In this document: positions 39,977 through 54,319 of the stretch, in pieces
How positions within the stretch are numbered: position 1 is the stretch's first letter
Layout of the letters: the number at the start of each line of letters is the position of its first letter
Assembly: GCA_951406725.2 (NCBI GenBank)
Contig: OX597814.1
Span: 61,008,001 to 61,072,000 of the forward strand
Reading direction: 5' to 3'
Length of the DNA stretch: 64,000 bases
Source of the DNA: Octopus vulgaris
Lineage: Eukaryota
Translations under genes and position numbers: made by a program
Notes under the pieces: generated by a model
Seen by the model: the letters and a program-made list of their open reading frames with translations, nothing else
Told to the model about the DNA's origin: nothing
Database searches by the model: none

Positions 39977-40149
39977 AAAGACGATATGGAAATAGTATGT
40001 GAGAGGTTTACCACAAGTAAGCTACAAAAATTCGAAGACTTAACTTCTATAGCAACATACGGATTTCGCGGAGAAGCTTTAGCCAGCATCAGTCATATTG
40101 CACATGTAACTATCATGACAAGAACTGCTGATTCAAAGTGTGCCTATAA
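39977..40149 (+). CDS. MLH1: MLH1 internal exon (equivalent to human exons 3+4 fused)
   Basis: Acceptor ttaatttacag, donor gtaagc. 173 bp. Translates [57 protein letters not shown](K), containing the MutL signature GFRGEAL. Confidence 0.97.
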
Positions 40150-41533
40150 GTAAGCTTCTAAATATCATCCCATTGTTTAACAATGATATATCACAGTCAA
40201 TTTTCAGTATTCTTAATCTACTTCATTAGGTATTTAAGGCAATGTTGTTGTTGTAGTTATTGTGGTTGTTACAGATTGCCCTATCTTTTTTTTGTTTTAG
40301 GCAAAGTGTATCTATGATTATATTATCTGATGTGCCCTTTGACATTTATTTGTTATTTCTAGCAAGTCAAATGACCTTATAGAGGCTCCGTGTTATGATA
40401 CATGTCAGTTGTGGCAACTATATTGAATCAGAAATGTAATATCAGTGACTATTGCACTGTAACAATGAAGAAATGCTCTGTAGAGATAGCTATCTATGAT
40501 GCTAGGAAGGGGACTTGAGGTTAGTTAATTAAATGGGATCTTGAAAATTGTGCATTACCTTCAAGATAATACAGAACTTAATGTGTGTTGTGTGTGGGAG
40601 AAGGCTTGTTTTATGTATATGAACATAATTTATTGTTACCATAATATAGAAAGTGTTCATGCAATACAAGAAAAGGAATATTCAGATCAAACAACACATA
40701 GGACAAGTGCTGAGTGTCTTTATCAGAAATTCAAAATCCGTTTATTTTTTACACATCAACACATATTCTTGTTGTTATGGTGTGTTTTCAACCATGCCAG
40801 GTTGAATATGTAGCTGTGAAAACAGCTATGTGTTGAGAGTAAATACCGCTCTGAAATAGCATACTCAAATGAGCTGTATTTGTAGGCTCTGTTTACAGAA
40901 GGTTCTAGTCATGCTACCAGATTATCAACAGCCATTGATTGGACTGAAATTGGTTTTGTGCACATGATCACCTTATGATTTTTATGTGGCAAAACATGGG
41001 GTATAGAAAGATGCTGAATTGCAAACTTTCAAACCTGTTCTAAAATCAAAAGAAAAAATCATCCCCATCGTCATCATATGTTGCAGTTGCATCTTACTCA
41101 AATCTGTAAGTATAAAGAAGGATGACATTAGTGATCTTCCTTTTCTCTAAGCCCTTCATTCTCTGTCAAGCATAAGGCATTGATGACTTTTCTCCACTGT
41201 TCTTGATCCTGGACTTTGTTTACTGATTCTTTCCTTTTGGATTTTGCCTTTCAGATTTTGTTGCACCATGTCATATGTTGCTCTGAGGAAAGGCCATCAT
41301 TTCCCAGGTCTTGTTATGTTTTAAGTTGCCATCGATGCTTCTGTAACTTTGCATTTTTAAATTTTATTTTGGTAGACATGTGTATGTGTATGCTTGTGTT
41401 TATGTATATACACACATGTAATAGTTTGTGGTTGGAGGGGGAGCGCTGACTGTGACATTAATGTACTGAATAACTAAACACTAGTCAGGAGTTCAAATTT
41501 CACAGTTACTATTGTGTTATACATGCCCTAAGC

Positions 41534-41999
41534 CAGTGTTTCTCAACTATTTTTTGTCTATGGTCCCCTTTGATTCCTGTTTTACTCAACTGGCCTGTCA
41601 TACCTATTCAATGTTTTTAAAAAATCTTACTGTTATAATTAACCCTTTAGCACTCAGATTATTCAGTCAAATGTAATGTATTTTTCATTCATATTGTTTT
41701 CAATTAAACATGCATTATTTTGTAACTTCGAAATTGTGATGATGTGATAGTATATTTTATAATGGCATTGAAGAGTAAGTGTGATAGGCTGGATCTGGCT
41801 TGTTAGAGCATAATGTAGGTAGCATATTTGGGCTGGATATGGCCAAATTAAATGCTAAAGGGTTAATTATTATTAGGAATTGTATAAAAAAAATGTTAAA
41901 ATATTCTATGTATTGTAGAAATACAACCATGTTTATTGTACATAGTAAAATCTTATAGGAACCCCCAAGGGCCATGTGGACCCTGTTTAAGAACCATTG
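41534..41999 (+). mobile_element. hAT/Charlie-like MITE with a nested piggyBac-like MITE (41643-41862)
   Basis: Outer ends cagtgtttctcaac / gtttaagaaccattg with 8 bp flanks ccctaagc / ttttaagc. Inner element TTAA-ccctttagca...tgctaaaggg-TTAA. Other copies of the inner MITE at ~32267-32558, 38030-38226 and 43930-44112. Confidence 0.75.
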
Positions 42000-42660
42000 T
42001 TTTAAGCTAACCCATTATTTTGATTGGCTCAGTTTTCTTAGTCAGAAACTGAATAGCATCCCATTTTACAGTAGTGTTGTTAGAAGTATGACTTTTCAAA
42101 TTTTCATGTTTGAAATTTCAAAGTGATAAAACTAATGTTTTCATGAATTTCTTATCAGATGCCAAAAACATATGATGCAAAGAAAAAAAATGAAAAATAT
42201 TAAAAAAAAAAAAAAACCTTGAATTAGAATATTATGAAAATAACTGAACTGTTTTATCAATTCAAATTTTCTTTTTATTGTGTTTTTTTGTAATTGAATT
42301 TAAGTTCTTTTCTCATTTTTTATTTCATTTATGTTTTTGTTTTTTTGATTTTGTGTTGGTGTTTTTTTTTTACTTCTGCCATCTTTGTATTTGTTTATGA
42401 AAGCTGATACTTCTATTCTGTGTTCTTTTATAAGTCTCTGATGGAATTTTTGTTCAGTGGTTTAGTAAAGTAAACCATCAGCAATATCTGACAAGTTAGT
42501 CTGTTAGCAGTCAAAATTACGGTTTGCACAAATTCTTCACACAAGGTTGAGCAAAGACTTGAAACTCAAGATTTTATTAATTATTTTTCTAAAAAAAATT
42601 CATGTTTGCTTCATTTTTCTCTCATATTATTCTTTTTGTTATTTTTCATTTTTATTCCAG

Positions 42661-42733
42661 AGGATCATATCAAGATGGGAAGCTGAAGGCACCTATTAAA
42701 CCATGTGCTGGGAATGTTGGCACTCAAATTACG
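42661..42733 (+). CDS. MLH1: MLH1 internal exon (equivalent to human exon 5)
   Basis: Acceptor tttattccag, donor gtaagc. 73 bp. Translates [24 protein letters not shown]. Phases match both neighbouring exons. Confidence 0.96.
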
Positions 42734-43109
42734 GTAAGCTTATTATGGCTAGTACTCACAATACAAAATATTTTGTTCAGTTTCATTCAAGCCTTCTGAG
42801 ACTTGAAAGAAAAGAAAAGAACTAAGATGTCATTTGTTTCTGTTACTAAATTTGATTGATGTGTTATTCTACCAAAAGTGGCCAATAACTTTCATAAATT
42901 CCATTCAATATTTTTTTGTTATTGATTAATATATTGATTAATATACATTTTTATTTCTTTATTTTTTGTAATGGAAAACCTTAATACATGGATATCATAA
43001 CTGACAAAAAATGTAATTATAATGACTCAGACCATCTAGCTACAAATAGACAGACTGCTGTTAAAGAGTGAGAGTAGTTTAACTATTAACAAGATAAGTG
43101 TCCTGTTAA

Positions 43110-43620
43110 GCTTCCTGTGATGGCCTACAGCTCAAAGTTGTCTGTGACTTCAAATAAGAAAGACTTTCTGATACACATTGGTTCAAGCCTGGAGTACTCC
43201 AAAACTTCCTGACAATCGTATATTTCAAATTCAGCAAGAATGGTCTCCTTCTGGGTGTATCTAGAGAATATTCTTTTCTGTGGAGTTGAAACCTCATCTA
43301 TGAATAAGGAGCTTCAAAATTGCCTTGATAGCATGTACACCAGGTTTCTCATGAACGCTAAAGACATTTCATGGTATGAGTACAAGACCAAAGAGAGATT
43401 TATGTACACATTCCACGCCTTGTTATTCAATGCTGAGTGGACTTTGCTGGCCACTGCTATCATGCTGACTAACAAGCCCTATCAGACATCTTTTGGAGAT
43501 TTCTTCACCCTAACAGAGAACAAAAACGGCTCAGCTACAGACCATACAACCTGAAACTGAGTATCTACCAAAGCTAATGAAGGACAGAAATTCCTGGCGC
43601 AGCATTGAGAGACACATCTC
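43110..43620 (+). mobile_element. Degenerate RTE-like LINE 3' fragment
   Basis: ILFCGVET...LDSMYTRFLMNAKDISW, typical of the region after RT in RTE-type elements. Confidence 0.5.
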
Positions 43621-44809
43621 AGTTACAGACAGTTGAAGAAAGCATTAACTGTCAGTACAAATCTTTCCCCATCTCCAGCTTTACATGAGTAAATGTTGAT
43701 CTCAGCCAGTTTAACTTGCCCTGGGTATACTATATATACTAAGGCATTCTGCAGTGATTCCCCTAATGTTTCCTTAAATTGTTACAGAGGCATTTGGTTG
43801 TAATCATTGTTCAGTCTTAAACCAATCCTGACCTAAATAACCTTTGTCCAAAGACATTCAAGCCATGACCTTCTGGCTTTTTACAGAGTGGGTTAACGTA
43901 CTTTAGATCACATTCTCTGATATGTCCATTTTTAACCATTTAGCATTCAAACCAGCCAGACGTGGTCTCTCACACCTACCCTACAGTGTCATTCTAAAAA
44001 TAAACGATCACATTGAAAGCTCAAAGCTACAAGATAATACATGATTAATTCAAAACAATATGAATAAATAAGCATTACATTTGATTGAGTAATATTAATG
44101 CTAAAGGGTTAAAAACAGTAGATTATGGTTTAATGCAGACTTGGCAGCTATTTCTAGCAAGGCAGAGAATTAGAACAAACTCCCTCTCATTGCTTCATTC
44201 CTGCATATGTTTGAATGGATATTACATTGGACTGCCTGCTCAAAGGTTTTAAGTTCAACTCCACTTCTCTGCAGATGTGTCATTGTATATTTGGGTCAGT
44301 ACATTTAATTCTATATTGCTTCAGTTCACCTTGCTGTCAGAGAAATAGATACCAAATCTTCTAGGAATGTTACCGGAGATAGACTGATGGACTGGCATCC
44401 TGTCAAACAAAAGATTTATTTCTCATCCACTTTACGCCAAAAAAACTAGGGCTAAGTGCCAATCCTTAAAAGTCCTTCCCCAAGGTATAGGAAATATCTA
44501 CATACATTTCAATGGCACTGTAAATAACAACACATCTAACTCTTCCTCATCTCCTCATTTCTGTGTGTTCCTAGCACTTTGTTAAATATCACTCTTACAG
44601 ATGAACAATCAATCCATTTTTTTATTCTTTTTTAATGTGTATTATATGAACTCTTCTTTGTTGTTCCTTCTTTCTGCAGTATTTCCTAGAATATATATAT
44701 ATCTTTAACAACATGCATTATCTTTTATTGATTCTCTGTCGTTTGATGGAAAATGTTTGTTCGGTTAACATTTTGTGAGAATCTTAAATGTGTTTGTTGA
44801 TGTTTGCAG

Positions 44810-44901
44810 GTGGAAGATTTGTTTTATAATGTAGCAACACGAAGGAAAGCTTTGCGAAGCCCAGCAGAAGAACATTCAAAAATAGCTGAAGTTGTTAGCA
44901 G
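44810..44901 (+). CDS. MLH1: MLH1 internal exon (equivalent to human exon 6)
   Basis: Acceptor tgtttgcag, donor gtaagc. 92 bp. Translates [30 protein letters not shown](R). Confidence 0.96.
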
Positions 44902-46194
44902 GTAAGCATCATTGAGTTTATGAGTGTATTTGCAAGTGCATATGCTTATGTGCATGTGTTTTTGAAAGAAAGAGGGGGTTAAGTTTGTATGCAATGCATA
45001 TAAAATATTAATGTCTAGTATTGGCACTAGTCTACAGAATGTAGTAGGAGGATAGGTATAAGGATTAAAGTATGTATATGATTACAGGTATATATGTTTA
45101 CAGTAAAGAACAATATTACTTGACTGCTTTGTAAAGTATTATATATGTTTATTACATGTGACCACAAGGAGTCTTGTACAGACTGGTTCATGATTACTCC
45201 TTAAGGGAATTGATATGTGAATGCATGATCAGCCTGTATCTGTTTGTGTGTAGCGTTACATAACTTACATAAATGGTGAAGAGCAAGTGACTTGAAAGAG
45301 TGATAGGCGGTAGGATAATAGTGTCATCAGCCACTGGTGTTGTCATGTGATGTCAAGTTGATCAGCCAGTAAGGGAGCCTGTTATGTGATCATTCAATCT
45401 GCTAGAAATATCAGTCAAATTGCCTTTAAATCTAATCATCATCATCATTTAATGTCCATTTTCATGCTGGCATGGGTTTGGACATGGTGTAATGTTGAAG
45501 AAAAAGACAGAATGGTCATAATTGGAAAGCCTTTGAAAAAAGTCTACACATTCAAAGGCTGATCTTAGATAAATATAACATGATGTGAATGGCTGATACT
45601 TTGTCAGTGAGAAAGTAGTTTGTGATGGTTGTGGAAAGTAGCTATGGTGGAAGAAGACAAAAGATGAGGGGAATTGATCATGTTCATTCTGAGAACATTG
45701 TGACTCACAAGACTTGATGCAGGACCAAGATAAACAGCTACTACATGTAATACTGTAAACCCATTTAAAAAAGACATGCCAACGTAATAGGCATTACAAT
45801 GAAAGTTACAGGTGGTGCTGCTCATGGTGGCAGCAGTGGTTTGTGTGTGTGTTTGGATATGTATGCAGGCACACATGTGCACTTGGTGAAAATGTTCTGT
45901 TCTTTAGCCCCAGGTCAACCCTCATTAAGCAGACCTATGATCAAAATCATTGTAGTCTTGATGATCTAGCAATTTGTAACAACTATAATGACCTTATTGT
46001 GTACAGTGCTCAGGTGCACTACAACTGCTCAGTCTGTGGTTTTTAAAGAAAGTTCAATGATTTGAGGACAATTTAGCTAGAGAGACCATGTAGAGACTCT
46101 TTCATTGACTTGGGTTAGAAATATACTTGCTGTTGGTGTTTGTTGATGTCTCAGTTGTCATGTGTATGTGGAGGACAAGTCTAGTTCTCAGTAT

Positions 46195-46497
46195 TGTTTG
46201 TTCCTTCTCGAGCCATGCCTGGCTCATAAGGGCCGGTTTCCCGGTTTCCTTGACGTATAGGTTCCCCACTTAGATGGGATGCTGGTCCGTCGCAGGTGAG
46301 CTGCAAGATGCAGAAGGAAAGAGTGAGAGAAAGTTGTGGCAAAAGAGTCAGCAGAAGTTCGCCATTACCTTCTGCCAGAACTGCGTGGAGCTTAGGTGTT
46401 TCACTCATAAACACACACATCACCCGGTCTGAGATTCGAACCTGTGATCCCTCGACCGCGAATCCACTGCTCTAACCACTAGGCCATGTGCCTCCAC
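46195..46497 (-). mobile_element. tRNA-derived SINE in an MLH1 intron
   Basis: Minus-strand head tggcctagtggttagagc...ggttcgaatctc. 12 bp TSD agttctcagtat at 46183-46194 and 46498-46509. Confidence 0.92.
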
Positions 46498-46979
46498 AGT
46501 TCTCAGTATAGCGAACCCTTTATCTATCACCCATCATTAGGTGTAAACTGCATACATGAAACTATCTGTTCTTTGAGGGCCGCAGAGTGTTGAGCTTTTT
46601 TGGTGGAGTGATACATTTTTTTCAATGAAATCATTAACAATATTATCAAAATATCCACATATCATCTAGCCAACAAGGGGCTTGCTGAGCTAATGCAAGG
46701 ACTTTTATAATTGGTCAATCTTTTGCAAATAGTTTTTTAATATCCCTCAAATCCCATCTCACCAACTTAAAATGGAAGGATATATTGGCTCATGAGGTCC
46801 TAGTAGCAAATGATAATGCGGTCCTTAAAAATATAAATTGGGTAGTCATGGCTAGAATGTCTTCAGTCATAGGTCTGCTCAATCAGGGCTGACCTGGAAC
46901 TAATCTACTACTATAAATCATTGTCATCATCATCATCATGTTTATAACAACCCCACCTTTTCTTCATGTTCTATTGTAG

Positions 46980-47022
46980 GTATGCTGTTCACAATGTTGG
47001 AGTTGGATTTATTTTGAAAAAG
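46980..47022 (+). CDS. MLH1: MLH1 internal exon (equivalent to human exon 7)
   Basis: Acceptor ttctattgtag, donor gtaagt. 43 bp. Translates (R)YAVHNVGVGFILKK. Phase-compatible with the previous exon. Confidence 0.93.
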
Positions 47023-47957
47023 GTAAGTGTCACAATAAATAATTTCTTGTTATCATCTATATATTAATACATTAAAGCTAAGTGTGTGATGCTGTCATGT
47101 GGTTAGTTGAAGGGAGAGGTGAAAAGAGAGAGAAAAAGAGTGTTAGTGGTGAGAGCCAGGAGAAAAGGATTGCTATTATGTTATATGCTTGTGTTTTAAG
47201 TTGGTGGCACCTTAAAATACTGCTAGAAGTGCTTGCTTTACTTTTCTCATTCTTGTTTTGCATATGTATGTCTTTTACCTGTTTTGAATACTAAAACATT
47301 ATCTAGAGCACTGCTTTGTTGACAATATGCTCTATTCCATTACATACATTAGTATTTTACTTTGAGATATTTGGGGTTGTGTTTTGTAAGATATTTTTAA
47401 TGAGTACTGATCTGTGTGTTTATGCATTTGTGTATGTGTGGTTTGTATTTATGTGTCAGTTTGTGTGTGTATATATATATATCATCATCATCATCGTTTA
47501 ACGTCTGTTTTCCATGCTAGCATGGGTTGGACGGTTCGAGCGGGGTCTGGGAAGCCAGAAGGCTGCAGTGGCAGTGCTATGTAAAAAGCATCCAGTACAC
47601 TTTTTAAAGTGATTGTTGTTAGGAAGAGCATCTAGCCATTCAAACAATCTCAAAGCAGACATTGAAGCTTGGCAAATCCCTCTGGCTTACTGGCTTCAGT
47701 TAAACCACCTAACCCATGCCAGCATGGAAAACAGATATTAAATGGTGATGATAATGAATATATATCTATATATGTGCAGGTGGCACGTAAAAAGCACCCA
47801 CTACACTCACAGAGTGGTTGGCGTTAGGAAGGGCATCCAGCTGTAGAAAGACTGCCAGATCAGACTGGGCCTGGTGCAGCCTTCTGGCTTCCCAGACCCC
47901 AGTTGAACCGTCCAACCCATGCTAGCATGGAAAGCGGATGTTAAATGATGATGATGA

Positions 47958-48012
<55 letters not shown>

Positions 48013-48621
48013 AATTAAATTAGAGATAAAACCACTATTAGGCAAATCAAACAGTGAAAAACATAAACCAAAACATAGAAATAAAATAAATTAATATAAA
48101 ATTCAAAATTTAAGGAATATTATTCTAAAATATCCTATCAGACTATGGATGACTAAATTACAACAGGTATATAGCCCATTGTATGTATTATACTGCATTG
48201 TTATACCATTCAAAACTTTTTATCCTTTATAATATATATATATATATTGCTTCCTAGCTATATGGTTTCGGGTTCAGTCCCACTGCGTGGCACTTTGGGT
48301 AGGTGTCTTTCACTATAGCCCCGAGCTGACCGGAGCTTTGTGATTGAATTCGGTAGGTGGAAGTTACTGCCGTGTGTGTATATGTGCGTGTAGGTGCTTG
48401 TGCCTCTCCGAAAGAGAGAGAGGGTATGTGTGTGTGTGAGACCAAGTGTGTATCATTGGCGATTTTCTTTCTCCATCTTCCCTTCCTTGGACTTTTCTTT
48501 TTTTATATATTTTTGATAAAGAGCTCTGCTCAAAACTTTAAATCCTCCTTCTTTCTTTCCTTTCCTGAGCGTCCAATAACGTCCTTGTGTTGTTGTGTTT
48601 TCTCTTTGTTTATGTTTGGAT

Positions 48622-48666
<45 letters not shown>

Positions 48667-51060
48667 CTATATAGTTAGAAGTTTGTTTCCCAATTACATG
48701 GTTCCAGGTTCAGTCCCACTGTGAAGCACTTTCAGCAAGTGCTTTCTACTATAGCTTCAGGCCAACCAAAACATTGTGAGTGAATTTGGTAAATGGAAAC
48801 TGAAAAAAGCCCATAGTATGTGTATGTGCATGTGCGTGTGTGTTTATATACGTGTGTGTCTTTCTGCCTGTGTTTGTTCCCTACCACTGCTTGGCAGCTG
48901 GTGTTAGTGTGTTTATATCCCTGTAACATAATAGTTTGGCAAAAGAGATTGATAGAGAAAGCTTTAAAAAAAAGAAGTACTGGAGTCAATTTATTTAAGG
49001 CACTGCTCCAGCATGGCCTCCGTCTGATGACTGAAACAAGTACGAGAATAAAACTAGAACATGCATGCATGCTTACATACATACATTCATGCATACACAT
49101 GTAACTATATATATAATAGAGAGAGAGAGAGAGAGAAGGAGAAACAGGTTTAGCTCTTTCTGTTCCTCTATCTGTCAGTTCTATATCCAACATAGTAAAA
49201 GGTCTTGTCTTGCAAGTACTTGGGGACCTCACTAGTGTTGGTGCCATGAAAGAAAGCATCAAGTATACTCTGTAGAAGGGACATCAAGCTGTAGAAACCA
49301 TGTCAAAGCAGTCATTGGGACTCGGCACACTCCTCTGGTTCATCAGTTCTTTTCAAACCATCCAACCCATGTCTGTATGGAAAAAGGGATGTTGAACAAT
49401 TGGTGGTGGTGGTGGTGTTGATGATGATGATGAGGAGGAGGAGGACGACGACGACAACGATAACGACGACGATGACAGTGACATTGATGATGATTTACTT
49501 ATGTATAATGTGAAAAACTTAATACAAAACTTTAGACCAAAATTGGTAAACATTATATGCAAGTGTGAAGAAAAGGAGAAAACATATCAGATTTTTAGGT
49601 AAAACATTGCATTTTATTTAAGATCATTGTATATACTAATAGAAATGGTATATTTACAATGAAGCATATGTAACCAAATCTGGGGAGGGGGTAAAAAAAT
49701 AAATAGAGTTCAGCCATATTGTTCATATTGATGTTATTGTTGCTTCACATTCCAGTTACTTTTTTAAATTCTTCTGTTATTCAATTTTTTTTCCATTTAA
49801 TTCTTTTTTCAAATTTTATTTTCCAAATATATTTTCTCTCTTTTATTTTTATTTACTAATTATCTTTCTAATTTTCTTATTATTCTTTTATTATAACCTC
49901 AAATGTTTTTATTTCTATTTTTCTCCATATTTTTTAAAACTATTTTAAGCTACATTTACTGTATTCAGTATTATTTGTTTTGTTTTTAACTTATAAAAAG
50001 AAAGGTTCTGGTAGCTAGCTAATTCTCTTATAGCTTCTATTTATAATTTTGTGCCACATTATTGTGTAAATTACATAAAATATCTCTTTCTTTATCTGTC
50101 CATATATTGCTTGCCTGTCTGTCTTTCTGCCTGTCCATCTATCTATATATATATATAGCTGCATATATGCCAGTCTTAGAAAATTTTAGCCTTATGCTTA
50201 GTCATCATTGTTATTTTTATCATCATCATCTATTTTCAGTGGTTCTATACTCCACCATATCCATCTCTGTCTTCCTAAGGCATGTGCAACATTGTCTTTT
50301 TTGGTAAAGCAGGGGCTGTTTATATGTTACATCTACTTTACTATACTGTACAGATTGTGTTATTCTATCAGATGTAATGTTGTCACTTGTATTGTATGTG
50401 TTTAAGTACCAGAGTGGCAATTGTATATATGAATGTATGTGCTGTATGAGTTATGTTATAGTGTTGAGTTGAGATTTTGTATCTGTACATTGTGTGAGCT
50501 TCACAGAAAGTCGACTGTAAGAATTCTGTTATTGTACTTATGTCTTGCATAAGATGAGAGCTATGTATAGCAGTTTCTTTTTAAATTTTTACTGTATGTG
50601 GTTGTAGTGTAGTAGGTCTAGTGTGGTTTTTATGGCTTTTGGTTAAATTCTTCATTACCATACCTATTATTAGTAGCTTTTACTTTCATATCCTACATCT
50701 TACTTATTTACATTTCAGGATCTTTTACACATTGATACATTTATATATATCTTATTCTGTGTAATATTTTGGTTAAAAGTTATCAAGTTGTCTATCTTAA
50801 TATTGATTTCAAATTTTGGTGCAAAGCCAGCAAGGGAATGGGGAAGATGATAATATTAACCCTAATGCTAAACTGGTACTTATTTTATCAACCCCCAATA
50901 AGATGAATGGCAAAGTCAACCTTGGCTGAATTTGAACACATAACATAAAGATGTATGAAATACTGCTAAGCATTTTGCCTGGCATGCCAACAATTCTGCC
51001 AGCTCACCACTAATATCAGTTTTACATCCATTTTCCATTGTTAACATGGTTGGGCATGTC

Positions 51061-51167
<107 letters not shown>

Positions 51168-52089
51168 ACACACACACACAATAAAAACAACAACAACAGA
51201 GAAAACCCACCAACTTTGGTAGTGTATATCTTAAAGTATGAACCAGGTGCATTTTACAATGCCAGTAGATTCTAATTCTTTGAATCTATTAGACTGGTTT
51301 GCTTTCATTTCTTTTTCAGCCTAAAAAGGGATATCTTTGCCAGGTCATTAGAATATACCAAGTTTGGTACATGCTTATTCACTTCTAGCTGTTATATCAA
51401 GGTGTTAGCATAAATTCTAATGGACATAGTTGTTTACCTAGTCATATATATGAATATATTGTCTTTACAAGGACTGAGCAGCTACAAAAACTCTGATCAG
51501 TTATTTCTTGATGCTGATTGCATAGTCTGCACTCAGTGTCACCCTCTTATCAGGTTTTTACCTTGTGTGTATGCATGTGCATGCATGCATGTGTGACTAT
51601 GACTGACTGGTTGGCTGGTTAGGCATTTATCCTCTGTAATTGATCAGGCTTTCTACTTTCACTTTCAGCCCAGGGATTTTGAAATATTATTAGCTTTTCA
51701 GTCTAAGTCTTGTTGGATACTGGTCATGGAGTGTTTTTTTTCTTTCCATTTTTATTTTTATTTATTCTATTTTGGTGTTCCATATTTATTTAGTCTTTTG
51801 AAAGTGAGTTTACCATTCTTTTTGTCTTTAAACCTTTTTCTTCATTCTTTTTCACAATTCTGTATCATTTCTTAACCACGCATAAATATCAAAAGTTCTT
51901 TAACAGGAACAACATTATGATGAACTATACTTGCCTGAATAGCATCACTTCACAGATCCCACATCACTAGCTAAGATGCACAACCAGCCACCCACCTCAG
52001 AAAAAACATCTATTTTGCTCTATAAAACTACCCACTTTAAGCATCCTACTCCTCTTAAGCTTTGGTATGTAGAGCAAATATAACACTTG

Positions 52090-52400
52090 GCAGTGATATT
52101 ATACTGTACTTTTGAAAAATACTTTTAAAATTAGATGCTCCCAGAATGTGTGTTCATTTAGATTCAGCGATAAAATTAATTCCTGCTTTCTATCTCAATA
52201 TATCTGGAAAATAAAGGACAGTGGAATTAAAAACACTCCCATAACCTGGAGTATTGTAAAGCAGCACCCACCCCACAACATTAACATAGCAAGAAAAATC
52301 ATTTTGTGTTTAACCAATAAATTCCATATTCTAATATAACTGCCAACATTGTTAAATAGGCAAGCTGAAATGTTATTCAGCAGCTGTACATTTTGTGTTC
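52090..52400 (+). mobile_element. PLE GIY-YIG C-terminal remnant
   Basis: LSQYIWKIKDSG...ITWSIV...LCLTNKFHIL, similar to the C-terminus of the PLE at ~5030-5190. Confidence 0.65.
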
Positions 52401-53433
52401 AAATATTCAAATACTGTTGAGATCAGTTTTGTTTATTATTAAGGCAACGAGCATTCTGGGAAAAATACTTAGTGGCATTTTGTCCGTCTTTACATTCTGA
52501 GTTCAAGTTCCACCAAGGTTGACTTTACCTTTCATTCTCTTGAGGTCAATAAAATAAGTACTAGTTGAGTACCGGGATCAATGTAATCAACTTATCCCCT
52601 CCCCTGAAATTGCTGTGCCAAGATTTGAAGCCACTATTATTATTTTTTTCATTATTATTATTATTATTATTATTATTAAATGTATTGAGCTGGCAGAATT
52701 TTTAACACATCAGACTAAATGCTTAGAAGTATTTGTTCCAGTTAAATTCTGCCATGGTTACATTTGCCTTTCATCCTTTCACTATATAAGTACTAGTTGA
52801 GCACTGGCATTTATATAATTGAGTAATCTCCTCTAAAAAATTTCATGCCTTGGGCATAGTGTAGAAAGAATTATTATCAATATCATTATTATTTAGGTGG
52901 TGAGCTGACAGACTTGTTAGCATGCCAGGCAAATGCTTAGCAGTATTTTGTCCATCTTCATGTTCTGAGTTCAAACGTTGCCATGGTCAACTTCGCCTGC
53001 CATCCTTTTAGGATCAATAAAATAGTACCAGTCAAATACTGGGGTCTATGTAATTGACTAACCCCCTCCCTTGAAATTGCCGGCCTTGTGCCAAAATTTG
53101 AAATCAATATTAGTTATTGTTGTTATTGTTATTATTATTATCAGTAGAAGTAGTAGTCTAATTATTATAACTGTTGTTATGGTGGCCATGGTGAAAAGCA
53201 AGCAGTAAGAATATATATTCTGAAACATAACAAAAATATATTAAAAACAAATCAATACAAGAGACTATTGGATGAGGTGGGTGTTTACAAGTGGGTGGAA
53301 AAGCCATGGTTGGTTGTCAGTGTTTTGTTGGCATTCTTCCAGCATGCTAATTTTGGTAAGTGATAGAATTTCAATTGAAAAACAATGATATGCAGTAGTG
53401 TGATTGAGTATATGTATACAGACACACACACAT

Positions 53434-53490
<57 letters not shown>

Positions 53491-53521
53491 CATATATATA
53501 TATGTGTGTACATATATATAT

Positions 53522-53570
<49 letters not shown>

Positions 53571-53685
53571 TCTGTCTGTCTGTTTCTCTTCCTTAATCTG
53601 TCTATTTTCTATGTGTATATATATATGTATATACACACACACACACACATGCATACATACATCTCTCTCTCTCTCTCTCTCTCTC

Positions 53686-53722
<37 letters not shown>

Positions 53723-54319
53723 TATATGCATATATACACACATACATGTACATGCCTACATATATATGTATATATACATGCATATATGGGCACTGGACAT
53801 CAAAAAAAAACGTGAACAAAATTAGAAACGGGAACATAAAATACAAAAGTATGGAAAATGAACTTTTTTCGAACAACAAAAGAAACAAATAGAGAAATTA
53901 GACAGGCAACATAAAGAACATTCCCTTCATCAGCTGTCCCCTGTTTTATCTACTCCGTGTTTTGAATGTAGAGACAAGACGCGACTTCATTAAAAGTCCT
54001 TCCTGCAAAGCAAATTAAATAAAAATTTGGGATTTTTTGCAGAGGGTAAAGTGGTAACAAAAACAGGACAATAAGAACAAAACAGTAAAAACAAATGGTG
54101 AGGGCTGTTAAGCCATAATGAGGTGAAGTGGTGAACGCTGGAAAAACGATCTCTGAGAAGAGACAGGCAAAAGCATGTCTTGTCTTTAGGAAGGAAGTGG
54201 AAGGAAGAAAGGTAGATAGCTGTTGGTCACCACACATATGTGTGTGTCTTGGCACAGAAGCTCACCAATCTCTTTCAGGCTGTTGTTCCTTAGGATCTCA
54301 AAGATGCTTCTATTGCCCA

